A stretch of DNA of 62,914 bases, filler included, from Octopus bimaculoides (Eukaryota), in the NCBI RefSeq assembly GCF_001194135.2. It is 5 parts of 5 records of this genome, joined end to end, with 100 filler letters (N's around TTAATTAATTAA, not from the genome) between each part and the next. Parts side by side here need not be neighbours in the genome. Positions count along the whole stretch, not along the records: positions 1 to 17,780 come from NC_068982.1; 4 more parts are not named here. One strand, given 5' to 3'. A program made the translations under genes and the position numbers. Below are positions 1 to 12,459 of this stretch, one piece after another. Below the pieces are notes generated by a model that saw only the letters and a program-made list of their open reading frames with translations, did no database searches and was not told the DNA's origin. Position 1 is the first letter of the stretch, and each line of letters starts with the position of its first letter.

Positions 1-43
<43 letters not shown>

Positions 44-1555
44 CTCATCCTGACGTACAGAAATAATCATTCAGTGAGGACGGAGGTTTCTCAGCTCAGT
101 CAATGTGGAAGCTAGTCGGAAAATGTAAGAGTTATGGAGAGGAAGCAATTAAAAATTGATATTGTTAGTTTGATTCTATTTCAGGCATCGTGACCTGCAG
201 ACATAGCTAGACAAATAGAGACATGGGAATGAGTAAACTTTAACACATTGCAATACAGCTTTTAGCGAAAATCTGCGGGTAATGTAGTTAAGAATGGTAA
301 ATCTAGATTCAGTTAATGCAATAGACAGCAGTAATATCGGTAAATTAGTATAAGATACAAACTAACGTCGATGTGCGTAGAATTATTCATTACAACCTAT
401 TTTGAAATGTTACATTAATATCTCGTATATTAATAAAGCATCGGTGCGAAACATTGACACTTTGCCCACATGAATTAATTGAAGAAGAAATAGCTTGCGT
501 TGTTAGTATCACGATGTCTATGACATTATTTAATATTAGCAATGGGAATTAATAAAGAACACGCTGAATATAGAATGCTTTCCGCCATTCACAGTAGCCA
601 AATGTATCCCATAATACATATTTAAAACGAGGGTGGTGGCGAGACTCTACAGAATATCTGTTATAGTGACTTATATCGCAATTAGTTCTCAATGAACGCG
701 AACAGAGAATATGTGGAGCGGTAGTTCAGCTGACACTTAATTCAGTTTACATAGCTATTGTATACATGACTGTATCTAAATAATTGAAGCCTGAGCGGCT
801 TCTCAACAATGCATAACACTAGTGATATATTAAAGGAGAGCAATGGGATATATGTATGCACTTGTGTAAATTAAGGGGACATTAGTGCAGTCAAGGTGAA
901 TAATGGGCTCCGAGTTTTGAAGCAAGAGATAATGAGCAATGTTGCTATTCCTGATACAATCGACATTAATTAATATTATCCAAATAATATAATTTCTACA
1001 CAACGATTGTTGAATAGGGAGACCGAGGATCAAATGATCACCAGCCAACTACAGATATTAAGCTGTGTCTTGTATGTTCGAAAGATAGCCGCTATTATAA
1101 TTATACCATAAGATTCGGAAATAATATATAATTAGAAAACATTTTGGAATGTTCATTATTTATAATTTTACCCATTAACGTGCGTGATTGTGTGGTAATA
1201 GGCTTGCATTTCAGCGCCATGTTTCCGGGTTCAGAACCACAACGTGGCACCTATATGTGTGTGTATGTGTATGTGTCTGTCCCTAACTTCCGCTTGTCAA
1301 CCGTTGTTGGTGTGTTTACGTCACCGTAACTTAGTGGTACGGTAACCAGTGCCAGATATACTAACTACTAGGCTTTAGAAAATTAACTGGGGTCAGTTCA
1401 TTCTACTAAACAGTCTTCAAGTCGGTGCCCCAGCATGGCTGCAATATAATGACTGAAAGAAGTAAGAGATAAAACATATAATGTGTGTACGTGTATGTGT
1501 GTGTGCGCACAAAGGTATATATATATTAGAAGGTCTGGAGGTGATGTACAGGTAT

Positions 1556-1586
<31 letters not shown>

Positions 1587-2501
1587 NNNNNNNNNNNNNN
1601 NNNNNNNNNNNNNNNNNNNNNNNNNNNNNNNNNNNNNNNNNNNNNNNNNNNNNNNNNNNNNNNNNNNNNNNNNNNNNNNNNNNNNNNNNNNNNNNNNNNN
1701 NNNNNNNNNNNNNNNNNNNNNNNNNNNNNNNNNNNNNNNNNNNNNNNNNNNNNNNNNNNNNNNNNNNNNNNNNNNNNNNNNNNNNNNNNNNNNNNNNNNN
1801 NNNNNNNNNNNNNNNNNNNNNNNNNNNNNNNNNNNNNNNNNNNNNNNNNNNNNNNNNNNNNNNNNNNNNNNNNNNNNNNNNNNNNNNNNNNNNNNNNNNN
1901 NNNNNNNNNNNNNNNNNNNNNNNNNNNNNNNNNNNNNNNNNNNNNNNNNNNNNNNNNNNNNNNNNNNNNNNNNNNNNNNNNNNNNNNNNNNNNNNNNNNN
2001 NNNNNNNNNNNNNNNNNNNNNNNNNNNNNNNNNNNNNNNNNNNNNNNNNNNNNNNNNNNNNNNNNNNNNNNNNNNNNNNNNNNNNNNNNNNNNNNNNNNN
2101 NNNNNNNNNNNNNNNNNNNNNNNNNNNNNNNNNNNNNNNNNNNNNNNNNNNNNNNNNNNNNNNNNNNNNNNNNNNNNNNNNNNNNNNNNNNNNNNNNNNN
2201 NNNNNNNNNNNNNNNNNNNNNNNNNNNNNNNNNNNNNNNNNNNNNNNNNNNNNNNNNNNNNNNNNNNNNNNNNNNNNNNNNNNNNNNNNNNNNNNNNNNN
2301 NNNNNNNNNNNNNNNNNNNNNNNNNNNNNNNNNNNNNNNNNNNNNNNNNNNNNNNNNNNNNNNNNNNNNNNNNNNNNNNNNNNNNNNNNNNNNNNNNNNN
2401 NNNNNNNNNNNNNNNNNNNNNNNNNNNNNNNNNNNNNNNNNNNNNNNNNNNNNNNNNNNNNNNNNNNNNNNNNNNNNNNNNNNNNNNNNNNNNNNNNNNN
2501 N

Positions 2502-2570
<69 letters not shown>

Positions 2571-3381
2571 ATTCATATGAAAAGAGATTGAGAAAGAGAG
2601 AGAGAGAGAGAGTTGTATAACAGAATACATTAAAACGGAATCGTGATTAATCAAGCTCTTTTTCAACCTAATAGCAGCTGGATTTCATAGTACACATGAC
2701 AAGTGTCATATATATTGATACATTGATAAGAATAATACATTGTTAGAAATGATTCACCTCAGCTGAATTGTTTTCGTATTTTGTGTTGAAAAGGAAATTC
2801 AACGATATATCGTATAATAATTGAATTATGAATAGGAAATACGTCATTTGGAAACAATAGATAATAGCAATATATTATACTCTGATATTCCTGTCTGATA
2901 TCTGTATATTCCAAATTACATTCTGATATTAGCCCTTATATATATTCGTTAAAACTTTATCGTTTCAAGTGAGACGTAATTTATTAGTTTCAAGAACACT
3001 GACACCAATGCTATGTCGAACAGTATCATCGTACTAAATCAACTCACTAGATGTCTTTTCATCTGATTCATATATATTGTCATCTTAAAGAGTATTCACA
3101 AATAAGGTAGAACCGGATGGATTTAATTGCATATCTAATCGCGTACGTAGGAAATGATATCATTTTAAAATTTGTTAAAATTTGCTCATTATTAAGTATT
3201 GCAGAGGATTTTTGTTGTGCAATATGTAGAGAACTTCTGCCTATTTCTTGAAAGTAGGCATCCACATACAGAATGACAGGAATTAATATGTAGATTGCAT
3301 TCTGAAATTGATATATATTAAAATGTGCATCATTAGAAAATTCATTGATACCAATATTATTAGCGTTCTGTCGATGATTGT

Positions 3382-3638
3382 GTTGTGGAGGCGCGTGGCT
3401 TAGTGGTTAGAGTGTCAACATCATGATCGTAAGATTGTTGTTTCGATTCCTGAACCGGGCGACGTGTTGTGCTCTTGAGCAGAGCACTTCATTTCACGTT
3501 GCTCCAGTCCACTCAGCTGACAAAAAGGAGTAACGCTACGATGGACTGGCGTCCCGTTCAGCTGGGGAACACATACGCCATTGAAACCGGGAAACCGGCT
3601 CCATGAGCCTGGCTAGGCTATAAAAGGGCGCATTTACA
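3382..3638 (+). mobile_element. tRNA-derived SINE with 11-bp target-site duplication
   Basis: A-box (tggcttagtgg) and B-box-like (gtttcgattcc) head; tcgatgattgt repeated at 3371-3381 and 3639-3649. Confidence 0.75.
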
Positions 3639-6600
3639 TCGATGATTGTCATCGGGGGAATAGCATTAAGAAAGGACGAGGGCGTATTATTCAATTCGGG
3701 ACTGAGACATGTACACATAAAATTAATTATTTGGTATTTATAATGATGCTGAATTGAGTAGAATTGAATATTGTATTTTATTTCAACCTTTGAATTTGCC
3801 TTTTGCTTGTTTATTTATTAAGCGTATATGACGGCTTCATTTTGGTAGATTTAAACAGCGATTTCTTGCCGATGTATATATTAGACAAACTCTAATTGTA
3901 AACAGAAAAGTAAAACTTGAAGAATTTAATACCTTGCTTCCTATTCAACCTATGTTTCAACCTAAAAACAAAACTTATTATATGATCTGAACGATAGTAG
4001 CTGCAGTCAATAAACCACGTAAATATTTAATTCTTTGAAGAAAGAAACGCTTGTCAACGTCTATCATGAAAAGATATTGTTGACCGGAGTTAATTCTACT
4101 TTAGCAATTTCATAGCATCGGAAACTTTGTTGAAAATCGAAGCCTGCAATGTTTTCGAAATACGTACAATAATGTAATGGTGTTATATTTCGCAGATGTA
4201 TTGAAATATTGATTTAAATTTCAATCAGTTTTGATTGCATTTATGGAGAATACCTCTATAGCCATAATAAATTTATTAATCATACTGGTTCCGCTAATGA
4301 CATTATGCAATAAAAATACTGAAAAATACCGTTGCTGGAATATCTGAGCATTGAATCAATTTAATTCCAATCCATACATTTCGAAAAATATTGTCTAAAA
4401 TTTTCTTTCGCGTCTAGATTTTGCATAATCATATTCTGCCACGTTTGAAGATTTATAAATAGAAGAGCATATAAAATGTTCCCCTGTAGAATAAATTCCA
4501 ATTCAATTTAGTTTTGAAAATTGCACATTATCATTATCTTGATATCAGTTAAAGGTGGACATGATTGAGCAAGATCGTAGAAGCGGGATCTGCCGTTTAT
4601 CCAATCAGAAGCTGAGAAATAGTTCATAAACTCAGCGTAGGTTACTAACAGTTATTGTCATCTAATTTAACTTGGCAGCGTAATTTGCTTTCACATATTA
4701 TGCGACAGGTCTTCTTTATACTGATGTTTTGTTGCATTGGATATTTTTTTGCTGGAAATTGTGTAACCAATGAAAAACGTCATATAATTTCATTTAAAAT
4801 TAAAGAGCCTTAGAACGATTACAGTCTGAGATATCTTGCCTGATGTTATTCAAACCAATCATAAACTTGCAAATGTATATGTATACTTCTTAACTTATTC
4901 GGTCATTTTCTTATTGCGCCTTAAAATTCAACACACTCACCGGTAAAATTTCCACTTATTTCTTATTTTTATTTTCCTAAAATTTTCGTTGCGACTTGTA
5001 ACCTTTTCAATAGTCAAAACTGTATTGCTTGACCCGCATTCCCATATATAGCTGGCGCTCGCTTAATAGTTTTGTTTTTGCTTACATGTTGGAAAAAAGT
5101 GGTATTTTGAATGACAATTTTGAAGTCACATAAGAATATTCCATACATTTAAAAAAAAATATTTCGTTATTTAATAAACTTGGGGAACCTCAGCTTCGTA
5201 AACCACTGAACTAACAACCATGCAAGCTTGGTCGAGTGTGCAAGTATCTGGGTCTCTACATGTACATTTTGGAGGAAGCACTTAGTGTGATCCACGCATC
5301 ATAATACGCTTCATATTGGTGTGGCAGTTGAAGGAATCTGTCATGTTAAAGTTTCATACCACTATTAGATCGAACAAATGTGCTTTGACTGATGTTTATT
5401 CTATTACAGGCTTTCAAAAATAATATCGTATGTGGTATAAGGAAGATTTATTTCCTTCCTTGAAGATGTCTCATATGACTCCCCGAAATGTTTTTGGACT
5501 TTTCTTCTTCATGGTAAAAACTAGTTCCATGAGATATTTGATATTATTTCTACAGATCTAAATAAATCAATCTTAATAACAATATCTGAAGAATCATCAC
5601 TTGTGAGTTATTATATAAATTTCTTTTATCTGTATACCCAGTGTCCTTTCACAAAAATATATCAAGTAATTAGTAAAGCTAATATTATTGGCATGACGCA
5701 GTTTCTGTTCCAGAATTGTAAAAAAGGGAATTAATTTCTGAAGTAAAAATTACTAATTGCCTGGCGCTAGTAGTCTTTAATATTTGATGCTTGCGATACT
5801 GCAAAGCAACAGTTCCATGATATCTTCTCTCTAAGTCTTCAATATATTTCTTTAGTACAATTTTTTTAATATTTTAAACGCCTAACGGCTAGACATATTT
5901 CAATTGTTTTCGTTTATTTCTGCTAATGGATTAATATTCGGTAATTAAATCTTATTATAAATTGAAGTAAATTGTCAATGTGACATACTGAAATCCTCGC
6001 ACAAACCTTATTTGATATTCTGCACACATTTCCAAGTATATATCTCTGGCTGTCTCAGCACTTCTTGTGTGTTTGCTTTAAGAATACATTCAAATATTTT
6101 GACGGTCAAATGACAAACTATCATTAATGTAGAAAGCAGTGTTACTCAATAATTGATATCGTCCTAAGCTAAATATCGTTATCAAATATATATATCTTTT
6201 GATATGTTTTCAAATTTTGGCACAATGCCACTGATACAGGGGTGGGATTAGACGATTAAATCGACACCAGTGTTCGGTTAATACAAATTTTATCGACCTG
6301 TTCATATCCTTTGGAAGAGAGCCACAATCGACCGTGGTGGAATCTGAGTACAGAACGTAAAGATGGAGGAAATTTCGCTAAACATTTTTTCCGAAGTGGT
6401 ATCCATTCTTCCAGCTGGCTACCTTAATACGTCGTTTAATATGAAAATTATTCAGGCTATGAGAAGGATTCCAACTAGAAGAAAATGAGTATTGTATGAA
6501 ATTAAAATATACATAGAACCAGCAAACACAGAATGCCTGAAGTTCCTAGAAAGATATTTTACAGTATATTTCCATAACCGTTAAGTCATTATCAAAATTT

Positions 6601-6885
6601 TATAACTAGAAAAATCATCTGAATTATCAACACTGAGGAAGTACATTCGTCTATCTGATATATACAACTTTAAAATTTTGGCACAAGGCCATTCATTTCA
6701 GGGAGGAGGTAGGTTGAGTACGTTGACCTTTATACTCAACTGGTACTTGTTTTATAGACGCTGTCTGGATGTAAAGCAAAGTTGACCCCTGCGGAATTTG
6801 AACTTATACCTTGAAGTTGGAGGAAATGCTGCTTAGTAGGAAGACATTTTAAGATTGGTATGCTAATGATTCTGCTACTTTGCCA

Positions 6886-7115
6886 AGGCAGTGAGGTGGC
6901 AGAAACGTTAGCACACTGGGCGAAACACTTAGCGATATTTCGTCTGTCTACGTTCTAAGTTCAAATTCCGCCGAGGTCGATTTTGCCTTTATCCTTTGGG
7001 GGCCGATAAATTAAGTACCAGCTACGCACTAGGGTCGATTTAATCGACTAAATCCCTTTGTCTGTCCTTGTTTGTCCTCTCTAAGTTTAGCCCCTAGTGG
7101 GCAATAAAGAAATAA
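6886..7115 (+). mobile_element. tRNA-like SINE family; further copies near 28215 and 33088 (+), and near 6225, 6670, 22530, 23580, 37545, 53925 (-)
   Basis: Recurrent ggcagtgag...gttagc...agttcaaattcc head with a ccttt(c)atcc...gataaa...agtacc core, seen many times in the window. Confidence 0.7.
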
Positions 7116-7408
7116 AAAACGAGGTCGTCAATTATTTTTCTTGGATGAGTATAAAATATATATTATATCAGAATTTCATTTAATATATACATTGCTATTC
7201 GGAGAGACTAAAGATGATTTGTAGTTAATATTTCTCTGTTTCTTGCCAACGAATTCGTCTGTAAAGAGAAAAATCCATTCATAAAATTAACACCGGAATT
7301 CATATCTAAAACCCTACTTTTAAATAAAACAATAGTTAAGACACCACACTGGTGATTCAAACTAAACAATATTATCTTTGAAGAAATCTGAAATTCATAC
7401 ACACAAAG

Positions 7409-7440
<32 letters not shown>

Positions 7441-8639
7441 CCATGTCAGTGAATATGTGTTTGTTTCTGTGTGTGCATATGAATATGCATTTTATCCGTA
7501 CGCATGGTTGTACGTAAATACATGTGCATATACAAACCACACGTACATATCGAAATATTTTCCATGTATCTGGGAATATGCAACGAAAATTTAATGAAAC
7601 ACAAAATATACTTATCCTTACTTAATTGGACACAACTGACATTAATCTAAATATAAATTATCTAAGCACTGTTTTCATACATAATGTGTATGTACCATTT
7701 ATAAAAAATACCTAATAAATGTTCGTTTCTTTCACAATTGCTTTATCATACCTAATGTTGCGTTTCTTAAACTAATAAATGTGACTTTATCTAACGTAAG
7801 AAATAATTACTTCCCTTTCGGTGCAATCATTGGATGTAATGCAGCGCTTTTTCCTGATTGGAGTGATGGTTCGAAAACGACAATTCTAAGTTAAATGAAT
7901 TAGTTTTTATTTATTTGAAACCTCCTTCCAATGGTAAAACACATCCCACATTCGAAATTTATAATGGGCGTACTATATTAATACTTTGTATTCCAGTATT
8001 TATTGATAATCTGTTTCATAAACAAATCCTACTGTCTTACTCATGATAATTCAGTTAATTAGTGAATAAATTCACATGTTTAATCTATGGCAAATAGTCT
8101 GAAATTTTGTGGAAGAGTTTATTCAACTACACCGACCTCATTTCTCCTATGATATTTATTTTCTCGCCCCCCAAAAGATGAAAAGTAAATTCAGCTTCGA
8201 TGGTATTTGAACGGAAAGAGTCGGGGAAAATATTGCTATGCAATATTTTCGTTACGCTAAAGAACGTGACAGCTCGCGATGGTATCTGCTGTAGGCATAA
8301 GGCCTGGAATTTAGGGAGAGAAAGATAGTTGATTGCATCCATTCCAGTAATCAACTGGTATTTATATTATGAAAGGATGAAATCCAAAGCCGAAGTTAGT
8401 GGAATTTGAAACCAGAATGTAAAAATAGAAGAAATGCAGCTAAGCAATTTCTAAAGCATTTTAATGATTTTGCCTTTTCAGACAGATACATAACAAAAAC
8501 ATCAGGATTTACAGGCACATATAACATACAGAAAATGTCACTACTAAGCACCGCACACATCCTACGTAAAGCATTTTCAATACAGTGAAATTAAGAGCAC
8601 CACAAGAAACCACAGTACATACCAAAAAGTAAAAGTAAA

Positions 8640-9160
8640 AGAACGAATGAGAAAGCAACCATACTCTGGGATATGCCATTACACACAGATAGAGAAATTA
8701 AGGCAAATAGACCAGATATAGTTGTCAAAGATCATGAAGAAAAAAATGCTTTCTAAGTGATGTATCAATACTAGCAGATGACAACGTTTCTCTAAAAGAA
8801 ATGGAAAAAACTTTCAAAATACAAAGACCTGGAAATAGAGATAACTCGAATGTGGAATCTAAAAACAGAAACAATTCCTATCATAGTAGGTGCCTTAGGT
8901 ATAATAAAAAAATATTCAGACAAATACATAACAAAAACACCAGGACTTACAAATATATATAACATACAGAAAATTGCACTACTGGGTACTGCACACATTC
9001 TACGCAAAACACTTTCAATACAGTAAACATAAGAGCACCACAGCAAACCACAGCACATACCCAAGGCGCACAGAGCTGCGCTCGGTAGTGAAGTGAAAGC
9101 ACGTTATAAAAATAAAACTACTGAACAATAATAATAATAAAAGTAATAATAATAATAATA
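8640..9160 (+). mobile_element. R4/Dong-like (RLE-type) non-LTR retrotransposon 3' end
   Basis: Frameshifted ILWDMP..TDREIKANRPDIVVKD...KDLEIEITRMW...IVGALG...IQKIALLGTAHILRKTLSIQ*, followed by an (AAT)n tail. A diverged partial copy lies at about 8480-8620 and another at about 22960-23190. Confidence 0.8.
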
Positions 9161-9348
9161 CTGTCTATGTGATCTCAAATTTTAAAACAAACATAATTTT
9201 CTTATGGTTTCTTAAACATTCTCTAGAACAACACTATGCACAAATCGAAATATATGGTACCCTAGGCATAACGGCTACATGAACTTTTGAGGTCTCTGAG
9301 TGAGATTTGGATCCGACTTGTACAAATGCAAAGCAACAGTCAAACATA

Positions 9349-9365
9349 AAATAATAATAATAAAA

Positions 9366-9460
<95 letters not shown>
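9349..9460. repeat. (TAA)n microsatellite
   Basis: Direct reading; explains the poly-Ile ORFs. Confidence 0.97.
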
Positions 9461-9461
<1 letters not shown>

Positions 9462-9499
9462 GCAGGTGTAGCAAGATTATACTGACGTTGAAAGGAAGG

Positions 9500-10215
9500 T
9501 AGCAGAGGGTTCATATCAGTAGAAGACTGCGTGGAGTTAACAAGAGTAGATATAGACTCCAATGTAGGTAATATTAAAGAAAGTTTATTAAATGTTCCTA
9601 GAGTCACACATAGGGAAAGCAAAACACGAAACAAAATTACAAACCAGAAAAAAGAACAGAAATGATCTGACTGGCAGTAGAATTCATTGCTCGAGAGATT
9701 CCCAAAGATAATTTCAGCAAATAGTAGCAGTGAAACATGGTTATGTTTGCAGAATGGAAAGCTGAAAGCATAGACAGAAAGTTTGTTATTGGTTGCACAA
9801 GATCAAGCATTAAGGTCCAATTGGATGAAAACCAAGATAGGAAAAAACAAGTAGACTCCCAGTGTAGATTATGCAAATCAAAAGAGGAGAGCGGTACTCA
9901 TGTAGTAAGTGAATGTAGCATGCTGGCAGAGAAAGGATACAAGAAAAGATATAACACTCTAGGGAGAGAAATTGCCTTGGAGCTACGAAGAAAGCAAGGA
10001 TTTGAACATACTTATAAATGATATGAGCATGAACCTGGTAAAACACTAAAAAGTAAGAAATACAAGATGTTGTGAGACATTAACATTCAGACTGACAGAA
10101 TAATAGAAGCTAGAAGGCCTGAATTGGTAGTATTAGATTTAGACAATAGAATGTGCCAGATAATTGAGTTTACGGTCCCAAATGATAAATTAACGATTAT
10201 GAGAAGTATAGAAAA
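9500..10215 (+). mobile_element. R4/Dong-like retrotransposon fragment (CCHC knuckle plus RLE endonuclease)
   Basis: CRLCKSKEESGTHVVSEC zinc knuckle, then degraded WDINIQTDRIIEARRP.L motif. Confidence 0.75.
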
Positions 10216-10407
10216 AGTACCTGTAATTTCAGAAGACCTGAAATTTTCGAGGAGAAGGCCAGTCAATTAGATGAACACTAGTACGCGACTGGTACACAAT
10301 TTATCGATAACGAAAGGATGAAACACAAAAATCAAACTCGGAGGAATTTGAACTCAGAACGTAATGAAAGGCAAGATACTGCTAATGATTTCATCCAGCG
10401 CTCCGCC

Positions 10408-10440
<33 letters not shown>

Positions 10441-10915
10441 ATAATAATAATAAAAAACAACAATACCATCAACAACATGAATAATGATAACGACAATAAT
10501 AACATATAAACAGATAAATATATAAAACATTCAATATAACTTGCAAAATTACAAAATCACTTTCACGTAGAATAAGACAGGAAATGTCCAAATTTCAATT
10601 ATTTCATCGTATAATTATTGCGCAATTATGTGTTGAAATAATAACGTGTCAAATTTGAGAAAAATTTTATCTCATAAAAAAACAATGAAATACAGCTATG
10701 AAGAATTAGCATAAATGGATACAGTTATTAAAAGTACCTATTGTTTTTTTTTTTATTGTAACCTCGTTCAACGGCAACATCTATTCAGAGAGTCTGGTAA
10801 CAAAGATATTCAAACTACGACGCTTCCGTTATGGATACACCTAGAATTATTACGTAAAACAGAATGCAAGGACACTGGCACTGGTCTGCGCATTGTATAT
10901 CGGTGGTTCTTCTCT

Positions 10916-10959
<44 letters not shown>

Positions 10960-11417
10960 ATCCCTGCATAACTCACGTCTATTTTCATATATATATATAT
11001 ATGGAGCATTCCGTCGGTTACGATGACGAGGATCCNNNNNNNNNNTTGCTCATGAAATTAACGTGCAAGTGGCTGAGCACCCCACAGACACGTGTATCCT
11101 TAAAGTAGTTCTCAGGGAGATTAAGCGTGGCGCAGAGTGTGACAAGGCTGGTCCTTTGAAATACAGGTACTACTCATTTTTGCCAGCTGGGTGGACTAGT
11201 GCAACGTGAAAAGAAAGGACACAACGCGTCGCCGGGAATCAAATGCACGATCTCACGATCATGAGTCGAATGCCCTCACCACTAAGCCGCGCGCCTTCAC
11301 ACGCACACACACACGCATAAATATATATATCATTTCTAAAGCTCTTAAAGGAGACTACGACAGCAGTACTGGGTATTAATTGTTATCGTCAAGCTAACAT
11401 AGCAGTCCAAAAAAATA

Positions 11418-11743
11418 GGACGAATGCTGCCGTTGATTAGTTCCAAGAGGCCATCGCCTCTAGCTAGCTATGTGACACACAAACCTGTGCCCATTACAAC
11501 CTTCGAATTGGGAGGTCATCAGCTTCCCCATGCTGGTTTAGACTTAGACAGACTAGTTTCAGGGTATTTGACCTTTGTCAATGTGGAGCAGTCGAATCCA
11601 ACAGGCATCGCTGTTATCCAGTGGGGAAGCTGGGGAAAGTGATGAACTCCTCTGTTCGAAGGTTGTAATGGACACAGGTTCATGTGTCACATAGCGAGCT
11701 TGAGGCGATGGCCTTTGGATTTAATCAACCGCAACATTCGTCC
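11418..11743. mobile_element. Fold-back MITE with TA duplication (Tc1/mariner-type)
   Basis: Inverted arms of about 115 bp (ggacgaatg... / ...cattcgtcc), flanked by TA on both sides. Confidence 0.8.
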
Positions 11744-11746
11744 TAT

Positions 11747-11792
11747 GACACCTAATGAAGACTGGAGGGTATATCAGCCGAAACGTTGTGTT
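11747..11792 (+). ncRNA. Minimal type-I hammerhead-like motif, copy 1 (core CUAAUGA variant)
   Basis: gacac-ctaatga-a-gact[12 nt]agcc-gaaa-cg-tt-gtgtt; G5 is mutated. Confidence 0.45.
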
Positions 11793-12269
11793 AACAACAA
11801 ACTAGATGAGGACATATTATCCGTCAAATGTAAATAATGTACATAATTCCTCGTCTCTTAAATATAGAACTGTACTACGAAACTGTTAAAAATTATAAAA
11901 CTCAGAAAATAATACAAAATCTTGCATCTTTAATTCACCTACATGGAAAAAGTTTGACAGATAAAGATATCGATTATATCACAAACTCTAAAGGTAAACC
12001 TAATCTTTTCTACGGTTTAAGTAAAATCCAGAAGAGTCAGATAATTATTGAAGCCTGCAAACAATCACCAGGCAAATACATTAACGTCGAAGCACCGCAA
12101 TGTTTAAAACGAAGACCCATTATAGCTGGCCAAGCGTATAAATTACACCGCTTAAACAATTTTCCGTATATCTTGCTGAAACCTTTTTTTAAATATCTCA
12201 AAGCTCATTATTTACATTATTTACCTTATTTACATTTGACAGATATGTGTCCTCATCTTGTTTGTTGTT

Positions 12270-12315
12270 AACACAACTTTTCGGTTGATATACTCTCCAG
12301 CCTTCATCAGGTGTC
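12270..12315 (-). ncRNA. Minimal type-I hammerhead-like motif, copy 2
   Basis: Minus strand gacac-ctgatga-a-ggct[12 nt]aacc-gaaa-ag-tt-gtgtt; the stem III palindrome is mutated. Confidence 0.45.
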
Positions 12316-12413
12316 TTATGGAAATTTCGAGCCTGGGTTCACTTTCCTAAAGCATATATTTTTTTATGAATTGCACTATATTTTGTTACAACCCAGGTTC
12401 GAAATTTCCCCAA

Positions 12414-12459
12414 GACACCTGATGAAGGCTGGAGGGTATATGAGCCGAAACGTTTTGTT
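12414..12459 (+). ncRNA. Minimal type-I hammerhead-like motif, copy 3 (best preserved core)
   Basis: gacac-ctgatga-a-ggct[12 nt]agcc-gaaa-cg-tt-ttgtt: intact CUGAUGA and GAAA, 4-bp stem II, ACGU palindromic stem III. Confidence 0.55.

Noticed and set aside
1481-2666. Long ORFs of 360-380 aa, and others spanning N runs
   Set aside because: Made of X residues plus TA/TG microsatellite translations.
40-8100. Scattered exon-like segments in the AT-rich first 8 kb (for example 5555-5601 + and 7180-7260 -)
   Set aside because: No recognisable domain, most candidate exons are closed in all frames, and I could not build a consistent phase chain.
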